From Octopus sinensis (lineage: Eukaryota), in contig NC_043004.1 of NCBI RefSeq assembly GCF_006345805.1, forward strand, positions 8,122,001 through 8,186,000: a stretch of 64,000 bases of DNA, read 5' to 3'. Each line of letters opens with the position of its first letter. Positions within the stretch are counted from its first letter, which is position 1. Positions 52,621 to 64,000 of this stretch are shown piece after piece. Made by a program: the position numbers and the translations under genes. A model generated the notes under the pieces. That model saw only the letters and a list, made by a program, of their open reading frames with translations. It was not told the DNA's origin and made no database searches.

Positions 52621-53525
52621 TCAGGTTATCCCATAAGTTCTGTCCGATTTTACCTTTTTTTAAAATTGAATGAAATTCAATAAATTTTAGAATGTCTAAT
52701 GGAATTAAAATTTTTTTTTATGCATTTGTGTACATTCAAACTAATTGAATATTATTTTACAGAATAATAGATTTAAAATTTCTTTGATCAAAACCCTTTC
52801 TAACATGGAAGTATCCAAAGAGCATTTGAGACACACAATGCTTTATGAGTACAAAAATGGAAAATCTGCAGCCGAAGCGACTAGAAATATACATTCAGTT
52901 TATGCGAAAGAATGCTTGAATGAAAGAACTTGCAGAAGATGGTTTGCAAAATTCAGAAGTGGAGATTTCAGCCTTGAAGATGAAGATCGAACAGCACGTC
53001 TAGTTGAGTTTGATGATAAGCTCCATGAGGCATTACTTGAAGAAACTCCTGCACTATCAGTTGAAGAATTGGCAATAAAGCTTAGTTCAAACCATTCAAC
53101 TGTTCATCGTCATCTTCAACAACTTGGAAAGGTTCCTAAACTTGGAAAATGGGTGTCTCATGAACTGTCCGAAAGCAATCGCAAATCCTGAGTTGACATC
53201 TGCTCTTATCTCCATTCTCGCGAACTCATTTCACCCTTTTTGGATAGACTTGTGACTGGTGACGAAAAATGGATCTTCTATCGAAATGTTAAACGTCGTA
53301 AACAGCGGCTTTGTATAAGGGAAAACGCTCAACCACAACTGAGAAGTGAACTTCATGGGAAAAAGGTTCTTCTCTCTATCTGGTGGGATTGCAAATGAGT
53401 AATTCACTTTTAATTGTTACCACCTAATGCAACAAGCAATGCTCAAGTCTACAGTCAGAAATTAGATCTTTTGAACCAAGCTTTGGAGAAAAAAAGACCC
53501 GCTTTAGTGAATCGAAATGTAGTGA
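52621..53525 (+). mobile_element. mariner (Hsmar1/cecropia-like) transposase pseudogene, 3'-truncated
   Basis: TA|TCAGGTTATCCCATAAG TIR-like start; from ATG 52805: HTH, RRWFAKFRSGDFSLED, GKWVSHEL, VTGDEKWIFY, with stops. Confidence 0.9.
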
Positions 53526-53632
53526 TGTCCAACTGGTTTTCGCTATTTAAATTAGCTTTTCAAGGGACATTGTGAAGTAATCAATTCTTGTGTCAAAGGG
53601 GTCTCGCCATTTTGAATGCTTGAAAAATAAGA

Positions 53633-53674
<42 letters not shown>

Positions 53675-54646
53675 TGTGTGTGTGTGTATTCCTTTATGGT
53701 ATCACATTGCACCTAGCTGTATATTAATTTTTAATATACGCATCTGCATCTCTCTAAATAATCCATAAATTTTTATGGCAAATACATATATGCTGGCAGA
53801 TGAAATTATCCGATCATGAGCCTTCAGTAGAGGTGAAACGAGGTCTAGTCTGGAGGTTGTCGAGTCTGTCATGGAGCGATTACCTCCCCTGTTAGCATGT
53901 GGGCATACATTTACTCCTCTTACAACATTAAGAATATTTTAACTCTTATTTCAAGTAATGTAACGGCTTCGGTTTCCTTTGTCACACTTAGTGATGATTT
54001 AATTTTTCCTTCATTGTATCATTTTGCGCCTAGCTGTTTATACAAATAATTATGTGGGGTAGGGGGAATACGCACGTATGTAAGTATGCATGTGTATGCA
54101 TGAATGTATATGTAAACCTTTCAACACATTTTTCCTCCAACACGCCCTCCTCCGTCCATCCCCAAGTCATTTTATCCCTCAAACTCTGTACAAAACATTT
54201 TCCAATCATTTCTCCCTGGAAATTTCCCCTGGGCCGTTATTTTTTCTATCTAAAAGAATCGATTTAATATCAACTACATTGGTGTCACTGGTTTAGCAGA
54301 TCCTGCACATGGCACAGGTGTCACCATTCTAAGTCTGACTAAAAATTTGTAGTAAACATCCTGCCCCACACACATACACACATAGCCATCACTGCTATTA
54401 CACTGTACTACTCACACTCACACATGTACACAGATATTCACACACACACACACTCACAGTTACACATACAATCACGTGCAAGCTCATGTATTCCTCTTAG
54501 CCAACCTACATTTGATTTGCCTGTTATAGTGTGTTTTTATCACTCGTGAATTTCATCAAACACAACATGGCGAAACCGGTCGATATATTAAAAATTATAT
54601 TAAAACTATGTAAGTGTGCGTACTTTTTTTATTTCTTATATATATA

Positions 54647-55041
54647 TCTTTATATATAAAAGTGAGGTTGTGTGCTGTCTGTCTCCTACGATTTAGATTC
54701 CTAACTACTCCCACATTTTGCGGTGCAGTTTAACCAAAACCGGGTATCTTATAGTCGGGATTCATATCGAGCCCTTCTGGGTATTAGCGCGCGTCTACGA
54801 TGAGTCTACGATTTAAAAAAAAATTACCATCAATTTTCCCCATTTTTAATGCATTTTTGGCATATATAAGGGAAATAACTCTCTAAAAATTTATTATTAA
54901 ATCTCAGAACGTAAAAAGCTACAGTAACACCCACCCTTTGTGGTTAGCCATATTGAGATGGCTATTATACTTTACATCCCTAAAAATGCTTATATAGTTA
55001 TTTCCTTTACAAACCCGAACAACGCCGGGCGATACTGCTAG
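54647..55041 (+). mobile_element. Complete non-autonomous Helitron (395 bp)
   Basis: A|TC start, subterminal hairpin CCCG-AACAACGC-CGGG (55014-55029), CTAG|T end, inserted at an AT dinucleotide. Confidence 0.8.
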
Positions 55042-55259
55042 TATATATATAAGGATAAGATCGATATTTAAATATCCACCTAATCAAGTGGCCAGCAAGG
55101 TAATAATTATTCAAAATATTTTACTTGTTTATTTTGTCGCTCTGCCTTCTCTCCTAGTGCTGTATGAGCACTTAATGTGGCTTTAGAGTCAGATTTTGAC
55201 TGCTATTTTCAGCGTGGTGGTATCTCTCAGATAATCTGAATTATAATGATATATATATA

Positions 55260-55450
55260 GGGAGATTTTACGAAAAAAATCAAAAGATGAAGACAGGTGG
55301 TGTAGAAAGCAAACAGATGTATTAGTATGATGTTCAGGAATAGAAGAAGTCTTTTACGTTTCGAGCCTACGCTCTTCTACATAAAAGGTCACAGAAAAAA
55401 CAAGGGGAGAAACAAGGAGAGAAAAAATGTCTGTAGTGGCTAACGATCTA
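55260..55450 (-). mobile_element. Penelope-like terminus, family X relative (decayed hammerhead)
   Basis: Minus strand CTTTT-ATGTAGA-A-GAGC-GTAG-GCTC-GAAA-CG-TA-AAAG at 55351-55387. Confidence 0.45.
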
Positions 55451-55498
55451 TCATATATATATATTAGGACAGACAAATAGATAGATAGATAGATATAA

Positions 55499-55530
<32 letters not shown>

Positions 55531-55808
55531 ACAGACAGGTAGATAGACAGGTAGACAGACAGACAGACAGAGAGGGGCACATAAAAGTATTGCTTCGCTA
55601 ATTCTATTATATTGGGATGCTTTCGAGAAATACACACAGCAGGAAGACTTTACACGTCTTTTCACTTATCGCAATTTGCAGTTGAAAGAAAAAAATGACA
55701 ACAACACCAACAACAATGGGAAGAACAACAACAATAAGTGCAAAATGAAGAAAGCAAAACTAATGCGAAATCACCACGTTTAGAATGGTAGGAAAACGAC
55801 TACTGGAT

Positions 55809-55839
<31 letters not shown>

Positions 55840-56018
55840 TGCACACATACATACATACATACATCCATACATACAACCTACATACATACATCATCTACAT
55901 ACATACATATAAATATATATTATATATTATATATATAATTATATATATCTATGAATTTGCTACCCCCAGGTATCGGTTAACCGAATTATCCATAATAAGA
56001 TAATTCATTCAACTACTC

Positions 56019-56059
<41 letters not shown>

Positions 56060-56551
56060 TATATATATATATATCTATATATATATATATATACATAGAT
56101 AGAGAAGTAGAAGACTGACAGACAGACAGACAGTTTGAACAACAACAGCAACAACGACAGCAACATTATCTATTCACTGATAGAAAGAAAATTCTGTTCT
56201 CGTAAAAGTATATTTATTCTAAAATGTCAGACAGGATGTCACGTGTACGTGGGAGTGTGTGTGTGTGTGTATAGTTTTGTATGCGTGTGCACGTCCATCT
56301 CTCCCTCTCTCTGTCTCTCTGTCTCTCTCTCCCTATACGCACACACAGACACAGTCACACGCACACACTCGCAGACATACTCATACACGCTGTACGCATG
56401 GAAGTCTGATTGTAGGTGCGTGCGCGAATTTATGTCTGCGATTCTTTCTTGTAGTCTTTCTGTATGCATATGTGTTTGTGAGTGTGTATACACACACACA
56501 CACACCACACACAAACACACACAAACACACATTACCATATTATATATATAT

Positions 56552-56591
<40 letters not shown>

Positions 56592-57894
56592 CGTGTGTGT
56601 GTGTATGTAGAGAGAGAGAGAGAGAGAGAGAGAGTGTGTGTGAGAGAGAGAGAGAGAGGGAAGTCCATAAAAACGCATGTACAGTGTTTGTGTTGCTCTT
56701 TGTCTTCGCGCATCCGTTGCGCTCATTTGTTTGACAGAATAACCTTGAAACAGTCACGTACACCCATTGCGATGTGCACACATATGGAGAATTTATGCAC
56801 ATGTCTACAAGCGGAACATGGTTTATTTTGATTTTGTTTTTTTTTGTTTTTTGTCTTGTTTTTTTTTTTCTAAGTCACACTATTATAAAAGTTCCATTCG
56901 TTTTTCACTCGTAAACTTCATCTCGTCGATGCTGTTCGTGTATTGCTGGAAGTTAGAAGGTCGCATGAATAACGAATTGGACTCTTTGCTCGTAAGGTCC
57001 CACGTTCTAATCCACAGCTGATCAAAGTGGACGTTGACTACGATCAATTCAAGGCGGAAGGTCCTGTACAATCGCTCGAAATGCAAAGAATGTCACTTAA
57101 AATGTTCCGTAATCGACATTCTGTTGTCTTTAAAAAAAATACTTTAGATAAGGTTCGGAAAGGCGATGGTTGAACATCATTGATGATAGACCTTCTTTAC
57201 CAGGATTAATAAAATCTTTTAACTAAAACAAATAACTCGAATTCAAATCGCATGAATAACATTTCTTTCAGATATGTGACACACGTTTACATTTTTGTTC
57301 TTTTACAAATAAAACTTTTATCTACCTGTCCATCCTTTCGTATTTCATTTTGCCACCTCCTTTTATTTTTCATTTTGCCACCTCCTTTTATTTTTCTCTC
57401 AATGTATCTATCCACACTCCCTTCTTTTTATGTTTACCTCTTCCCTTTTTTTTTTAATTTTCGAGCTGTCCATTCTATGTGTGGCCTTCTTCATCTAACT
57501 CTCTCTCTCTCTCTCTCTCTCCATTATTACCCTTTCCTTTTCTCTCCTCCCAAAAGGCACCACACGAACTTCCTATTTTTCAAACTACCCATCGTTTTTG
57601 CATCGACCAATTTTATAGTTAGTCACTTTTCTTTCAGCTCCCGATTCGTCTGATGTCGTAAATTCAGTTCCAGCTCCTCTTTCGACTAATATTTACAATC
57701 TTTTTTTCTCAGCCCTAAAGGATTGCCAATTAGCGTTACTTCGCACAACTCGTCTTTTTTTTTTTTTGCCGCATAGTCGAAGGACATTCTATGTATACGA
57801 ATATCTCCATGAGTCATTTATTATATATAGGGTGAAAAAGGCGGCGAGCTGGCAGAACCGTTAGCACGCCGGGCAAAATGATTTGGGGCGGACA

Positions 57895-58420
57895 AGTGCC
57901 GCCTTTGGGTGTAGACGAAAACCAACTTGCCGGTCTGTTCCCGAGGGCTTTCGGTCGAAGGCCTAGGAACATTTCCCAGAAGTTCCTGGCCTGGTAGTGC
58001 TACCGTAAGGATATTAACGGTTCGAGATAAAGTCTATAGGGTCGGTAGTGCCGCCAGCCATGACTGTCCTTCATACTCGCACAGCGTGGAAATCATCGCC
58101 TGCACGCGTACCGTATTCGATCAAAGCTGATTTATGGGTTTATGTCTCACAGTTGTCACATTTTGGACGGATCCAGACCTTAGTCCATTGTGACGACTGC
58201 ATCGCTGTCTTCCAATGCTAGGGAAGGGCAACTAGTTTTTATCTGTCCGGTAGCCACGGGGAAAGAGGTTGTATGGCGGTCAAGACTAAAATGAAGAGAG
58301 ACATTTGTTTACTTTGACCAGGCCTTCATCAACTTTTTCAGGTTTCACTTCGAAAGGATCGTGAAAGTGGCGAGGGAAGCGTTGCCTCCCAGCAAATTCG
58401 AGTGAAAGGACCTGTCCTGA
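57895..58420 (+). mobile_element. L1/Tx1-clade ORF2 C-terminal fragment, preceded by a SINE-A head (57838-57890)
   Basis: LFPRAFG..QKFLAW*CYR..TVRDKVYR..DCP; similar to 30760-31150. Confidence 0.65.
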
Positions 58421-58644
58421 GAATGTACCTCATTGTCTAAAATTTTGTTTCTTCATTGTTTTTGCTGTAAATCTGTGTGCAAAACAGCTTTTCCATTTTG
58501 TACAGGTTTTTATTCCTTTTAAGTAGGCACTTGTGACCAATAACCAAGAGATTCCTCTTCTTCCGAAGACCGTGCTGTATTCTGTTATCAAGGCTGTCAT
58601 GTTTATCTCTTCTTCTATGATATGCAGTCTGGACATTGAATGTC

Positions 58645-59012
58645 TTCTTTTCTTCTTCGTCTTTCTTCTTCTTCTTCTTTCTCTCTGCTTCTTCTTCTTC
58701 TTCTTTTTCTTCTTCTTCTTCTTTCTTCTTCTCTTCTTCTTCTTCTTTTCTTCTTCTTCTCTTTCTTCTTCTCTTCTTCTCTTCTTCTTCTTCCTTCTTC
58801 TTCTTCTTCTTCTGTCTTCTTCTTCTTCTTTCCTCCTTCTTCTTCTCTTCTCTCTTCTTCTTTTCTTCTTCTTCTTCTTCTTCTTCTTCTTCGTTCTTTT
58901 CTTCTTCTTCTTCTTCTCTTCTTCTTCTCTTCTTCTTCTTCTTCTTCTTCTTCTTTTCTTCTTCTGTCTTCTCTTCTTCTCTTCTTCTTCTTCTTCTCTT
59001 CTTCTTCTTCTT
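58645..59012. repeat. (TCT)n microsatellite
   Basis: Direct inspection; source of the poly-K/E/R and poly-F/S/L ORFs. Confidence 0.95.
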
Positions 59013-59613
59013 CGATATGTAAACGACTCAACAATCGCTCCAAATTGCTTGCCTTGTACCAACATTTGAAACCATTATTATAATTATTATTTTATGGGTG
59101 GTGTATGACCGAAGACACAGTTTTCGATTCGCTGGAGTTACATTTCTGGCAACAACATTATTTCATCCCGTGTCCAAGATTTTCTTCACAGGAGAGCTTT
59201 TAATATTCTTTTACCCCCCGACACGTGAAGGAACTGCAAGAGAGAGGTGTCAACACTCTCAAACAAACGATGTTTATGTAAGAAAATAATTATGATACGA
59301 GGCTGCAGAGATGCTTAGCCGCAAGAACTAGCCAGTGCTCGCTCAGTGTTTATTTTCCCTCGTTTCACAACCTTTGACAGCTGAATATTTTAGGCTGTTT
59401 GGGTGGTTTCAATACACTTTACATTTTAGTTCTTTGTTTGGCCATCAAAAATATATTAAAAACGAAAAGTGGAGTTTATAGAAGGACAAAACGAAACAAA
59501 ACAAAACCCACCCAGATATCGGAAATACTGGGAACCAGATGTGATGTCAGAAGAAATAATAAGGACTTACACCAAAGTGGGAGAGAGGAAGGGCGAGAGA
59601 CAGAGAGAGCGGG

Positions 59614-59652
<39 letters not shown>

Positions 59653-59759
59653 AATAAACTGATGGATTTAGACTGCAGCCAAAAACCATAAAAGAGGGAA
59701 AAGAAAATATCATGATGGTGATGATTTTGTCCATGTTGGAGATAATAATAATAATAATG

Positions 59760-59814
<55 letters not shown>

Positions 59815-59818
<4 letters not shown>

Positions 59819-60090
59819 CCTTTCTTCTAAAGGCACAAGGCCCTCATAAATAATAATAATAATAATCTTAATAGTAATCCTTTCTACTAAAGGCACAAGG
59901 CCTCAGATTTGTGGAGAAGGGACTAATCGATTACATCGATCCCCAGTGTTTCACTGGTACTCAATTTATCGAACCCGAAAGGATGAAAGGCAAATTCGAC
60001 CTCGGTGGAATTTGAAATTTGAACGTAAAGACGACGAAATGCCGCTAATCATTTTGTCCGGTGTGCTAACGATTCTGCCAGCTCGTCGCT
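59815..60090 (-). mobile_element. SINE family A with duplicated 3' end and (AAT)n tail
   Basis: AATCCTTTCT-CTAAAGGCACAAGGCC occurs twice; reverse-complement head TTCTGCCAGCTCGTCGC. Confidence 0.8.
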
Positions 60091-60124
60091 TAAACAAGAA
60101 CAACAACAACAACAACAATAATCA

Positions 60125-60520
60125 GTGGTTGTGTGGTAAGTAGATTGCTAACCAGCCACATGGTTATGGGTTCAGTCCCACTGCGTGACACCTTGGGCAA
60201 GTGTCTTCTACTATTGTCTCGGGCCGACCAAAGCCTTGTGAGTGGATATGGTAGAGGGAAACTGAAAGAAGCCCGTCGTATATATACATATATATACATA
60301 TATCTATGTTTGTGTGTCTGTGTTTGTCCCCCTCCATCACTTGACAACTGATGTCGGTGTGTTTACGTCTCTAAAACTTACCAGTTGATAAAAGAAACCG
60401 ATAGAATAAGTATTATACTTACAAAGAATAAGTCCTGGGGGTCGATTTGTTCGGCTAGAGGCGGTGCTCCAACATGGTCACAGTCAAATGATTGAAACAA
60501 ATAAAAAAGTAAAAGAGTAA
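60125..60520 (+). mobile_element. SINE family B, near full length
   Basis: Family head, body and 3' AGTAAAAGAGTA tail. Confidence 0.85.
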
Positions 60521-60626
60521 TGTGCAGGCACAATACCAAAGATATAAAATGGCGACAATTTACTCATCGCACGCTGTATATATGTATGTTTGTATGTTTA
60601 TATATATATATATAAATATATATATA

Positions 60627-61099
60627 CAGGGGTTGGACAAAATAATGGAAACACCTTCAATTTTCAAACAAATTTATTTCAATACGGGGTAGGACCGCCT
60701 TTGGCAGTAATTACAGCTTGAATTCTACGAGGTATGGACTCGTACAAGGTGTGAATCGTTTCCTAAAGGAATTTTTGTCCATTCTTCTCCAATTCCCCAG
60801 TTCTTGTAGTGATGGTGGAGGATTTCGACTCCTTACTTGTTTTTCTAAAATGCTCCATAAATTTTCAATAATATTGAGATCTGGGGACTGTGGTGGCCAG
60901 ATAAGATGTTCAACTTCACTAGAATGTTCCTCGTGCCATTCAGTAACAACTTTAGCTGAGTGAATTGATGTATTATCATCCTGAAACATTGTGTTTCCTC
61001 CTGGAAATAGTTCCACAACCATAGGATGAATTTGATCAGATAAAATGCTTAAATAGTCTTGACTATGAATTCTGCCATAAAGGAAAACCATTGGGTCGA
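60627..61099 (-). mobile_element. Tc1-type transposon 3' fragment, D(36)E spacing
   Basis: TA|CAGGGGTTGGACAAAATAATGGAAACACC TIR; FQDDNTSIH...WPPQSPDLNIIENLW with D codon 60975-77 and E codon 60864-66. Confidence 0.9.
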
Positions 61100-61218
61100 C
61101 AGATATATATTGTATAAAGGATCGCGGGTAACGCCGGACCCAGATATATATTGTATAAAGGATCGCGAGTAACGCCGGACTCAGATATATATTGTATAAA
61201 GGATCGCGGGTAACGCCG
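61100..61218. repeat. 41-bp tandem repeat x2.9
   Basis: CAGATATATATTGTATAAAGGATCGCGGGTAACGCCGGACC at 61100, 61141 and 61182. Confidence 0.95.
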
Positions 61219-61893
61219 CAAACCATAAGAAAACAAATATATGCATTAATGTAGATTTATTTTGCATTCAATATTTCGGGGGTTATGACCCCATCCTCAG
61301 GAAATTAATGAATGTTGCAGATGCTCTGACCGACAAAATCAGCGACAAAGAATCCTCTTTCATGCAACACGACAGAAATTGCCAAAACAGTAAAAAGAAA
61401 TATTTTCTTTGTTTTCTATTTTTTTTTTTTACTTACACTTTTAAAAATTCCATCGCAACTCAACTTTATTTCAATCACGTTTGACTGTTAGGAAATTCAT
61501 GGAACGTTTGGACTTTTATTACTGCTTACCTCCGAGAAACTTCTTGAATGTTGGAATTTGTATGAACATTCGATATTTTAAACGTTTTTCCTATTTTTGC
61601 CTTTTACCTTCAGTCTCTGTTAAAGATTTTTTTTTTTTTATCTATAATTGAAAAACAAAAATTCGTAGAAAACCATGTGGTATTGTCATAAATTTTCCCC
61701 CCCCCCAACTAAAAGCTGCGTTTAAAGACTCAGATCCATTTTCCGCCTCCCAAACCAACTCTCATATGTTCTTTCCTTCGTGGGGATACAATTCTTTCTT
61801 CATACATACATGTGAATATATCGATATCTATATCTGTCTGTCTATCTATCTATCTATATACAACACATATATATATATATATATAATATATAG

Positions 61894-61930
<37 letters not shown>

Positions 61931-62549
61931 TATATATGCATGTGCATATATATGTATGTATATGTATATATATATATGTATATATATATATTATATATAT
62001 ACATTGTGTGTGTATATACATATATATATATATAATATAAGTGTATTTGTATATATATATATATATATATATACATACATACATACATATATATACATAT
62101 ATAAAACAGCAATCTCTCTCTCAATATATACATTTATATACATGTAAGTGGGAGTGAGTGTATAAATACATGTATCTCTGTATGCATACACGACATAGCT
62201 TATATGTAAATCTAAAAATCGCGGCCAGTAAGCCTCTGTCCTGCTCTGTAAGTTTATAAATCAGACCAATCGCATCTCTATCATCAACTGCCATTTACAT
62301 TCTCTGCTGTCATAAAATTCTTGGTGGCATAGACTCTGTTGGTAAATTGATATTATCTACTGAACTAATAATGGCCACAATCTTTTCCAAAACTCGGAAA
62401 GAACAGCAACCATGGTGTTGCCTTCCAAATCAATGTATACCTTTTTCCCCACCCCTTTTCTATTCTATCTATCTATCTATCTATCTATCTATAGATAGAC
62501 AGATAAATAGATAGATAGATAGATAGATAGATAAGATGGATGGATAGAT

Positions 62550-62588
<39 letters not shown>

Positions 62589-62718
62589 CAGACAGACGGA
62601 CAGACAGATACATATACAGATATCTATCTATCTGTATATGTATCTGTCTGTCTGTCTGTCTGTCTGTCTTTCTCTCTCTCTCTATCTATCTATCTATCTG
62701 TCTATCTATCCATCCATC

Positions 62719-62770
<52 letters not shown>

Positions 62771-63034
62771 TTATCTGTCTATCTCACACACGTACATACA
62801 TACATACACCCTCCACACACACACACACACGTACATACATACACCCTCCATACACACACACAATTGGGACAAATAAGTATAAGTGGATTTGTGTGTTTAA
62901 ATGTTGAGTAGGGAGGGCACGGGTGCAGTTTAGGCTCCCTGTTGTCATCCGCAGTTGTGGTACACTTCCGTTGGATCTACTTCAGGAACTCCGCAATGAC
63001 ATATAACAACACTAAAAATCTCTAGCGAGACATC

Positions 63035-63090
63035 TTTATCAATATACCTGAAGAGAACCAGATGGGTCGAAACATGTTGTATCTAATAAA
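63035..63090 (+). ncRNA. Minimal type-I hammerhead ribozyme motif
   Basis: TTTAT-CAAT-ATAC-CTGAAGA-GAACC-AGAT-GGGTC-GAAA-CATG-TT^GTAT-CTA-ATAAA: interrupted stem I (4+5 bp), stem II 4 of 5 bp, ACATGT palindrome. Confidence 0.6.
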
Positions 63091-63231
63091 CGTCTGATAC
63101 GAAATCCATCTCCTACTATCAACTAATACTATATATATATGTATAAAATTTAAAATAATAAGGGTGAAAAATTGAATATTAATCTGATTAATATCAATTT
63201 AAATCCAGTGGTCTAGCATATAAAAACCCAT

Positions 63232-63577
63232 ATACTCTTTTACTCTTTTACTTGTTTCAGTCATTTGACTGCGGCCATGCTGGAGCACCGCCTTTAGTCG
63301 AACAAATCAACCCCAGGACTTATTATTTGTAAGCCTAGTACTTATTCTATCTGTCTCTGTTGCCGAACGGGTAAGTTACGGTAACAGTCACACAAACATA
63401 TATAAATACATAAATACGACGGGCTTCTTTCAGTTTCCGTCTACCAAATCCACTCACAAGGCTTTGGTCGGCCCGAGGTTATAGTAGAAGACACTTGCCC
63501 AAGGTGCCTCGCAGTGGGACTGAACCCGTAACCATGTGGTTGGTTAGCAAGCTAGTTACCACACAGCCACTCCTACA
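63232..63577 (-). mobile_element. SINE family B
   Basis: Reverse-complement family body and head. Confidence 0.9.
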
Positions 63578-64000
63578 CCTATATACATATGAGTGGACAG
63601 ACGGACGAAAGTGACACTCAACACATTTAGTAAGAGTTATATATATCATTTAATAACTGTTTGACTCAGCTTCATTCACTTAAATTTTCGTAGCTTCGTA
63701 GAACGAACCTATGTCGTCACGCCTGAACAGCACGCGGGATTACTTATTCGCGGTGTTATCTAACATCAGGTTTTAGTATCGAGTACGAAACTGGTTGTTA
63801 AGATCAACTGTAATGGAACTATAATACTAAATACTCTAGCCCTAACCCATTCTATTGACAAATATGCGAGTTTATAGTTTTTCTGACTTAAGGATTCTCA
63901 GATGTCTACACACACACACACAACACACACACACACACGCACACACGCACACGTACGCACACGCACGCACACACACACACAGCTAGGCACGTACGAACGC

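Overview
Eukaryotic, AT-rich, repeat-dominated window with no host protein-coding gene I can identify. The SINE types and extreme (TA)n/(CA)n/(GATA)n/(AAT)n microsatellite density point to a cephalopod (Octopus-like) intergenic or intronic region; that assignment is an inference. Supported content: two tRNA-Ala(AGC) genes; about 20 copies or fragments of two tRNA-derived SINE families; LINE fragments (CR1-type, RTE, L1/Tx1, Penelope-like); Tc1/mariner/pogo remnants; non-autonomous Helitrons; and a 1.2-kb 22-bp minisatellite with a higher-order duplication. Almost all ORFs in the supplied track are microsatellite or repeat artefacts. The most striking feature is a 900-bp near-perfect palindrome (4365-5264). 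Each arm encodes a complete type-I hammerhead ribozyme fold with a palindromic stem III and an enlarged stem II, one per strand, pointing away from the apex. Further hammerhead motifs, intact or decayed, from apparently different families lie at about 2.26, 4.25, 8.15, 55.37 and 63.06 kb. All folds were paired by eye and are untested.
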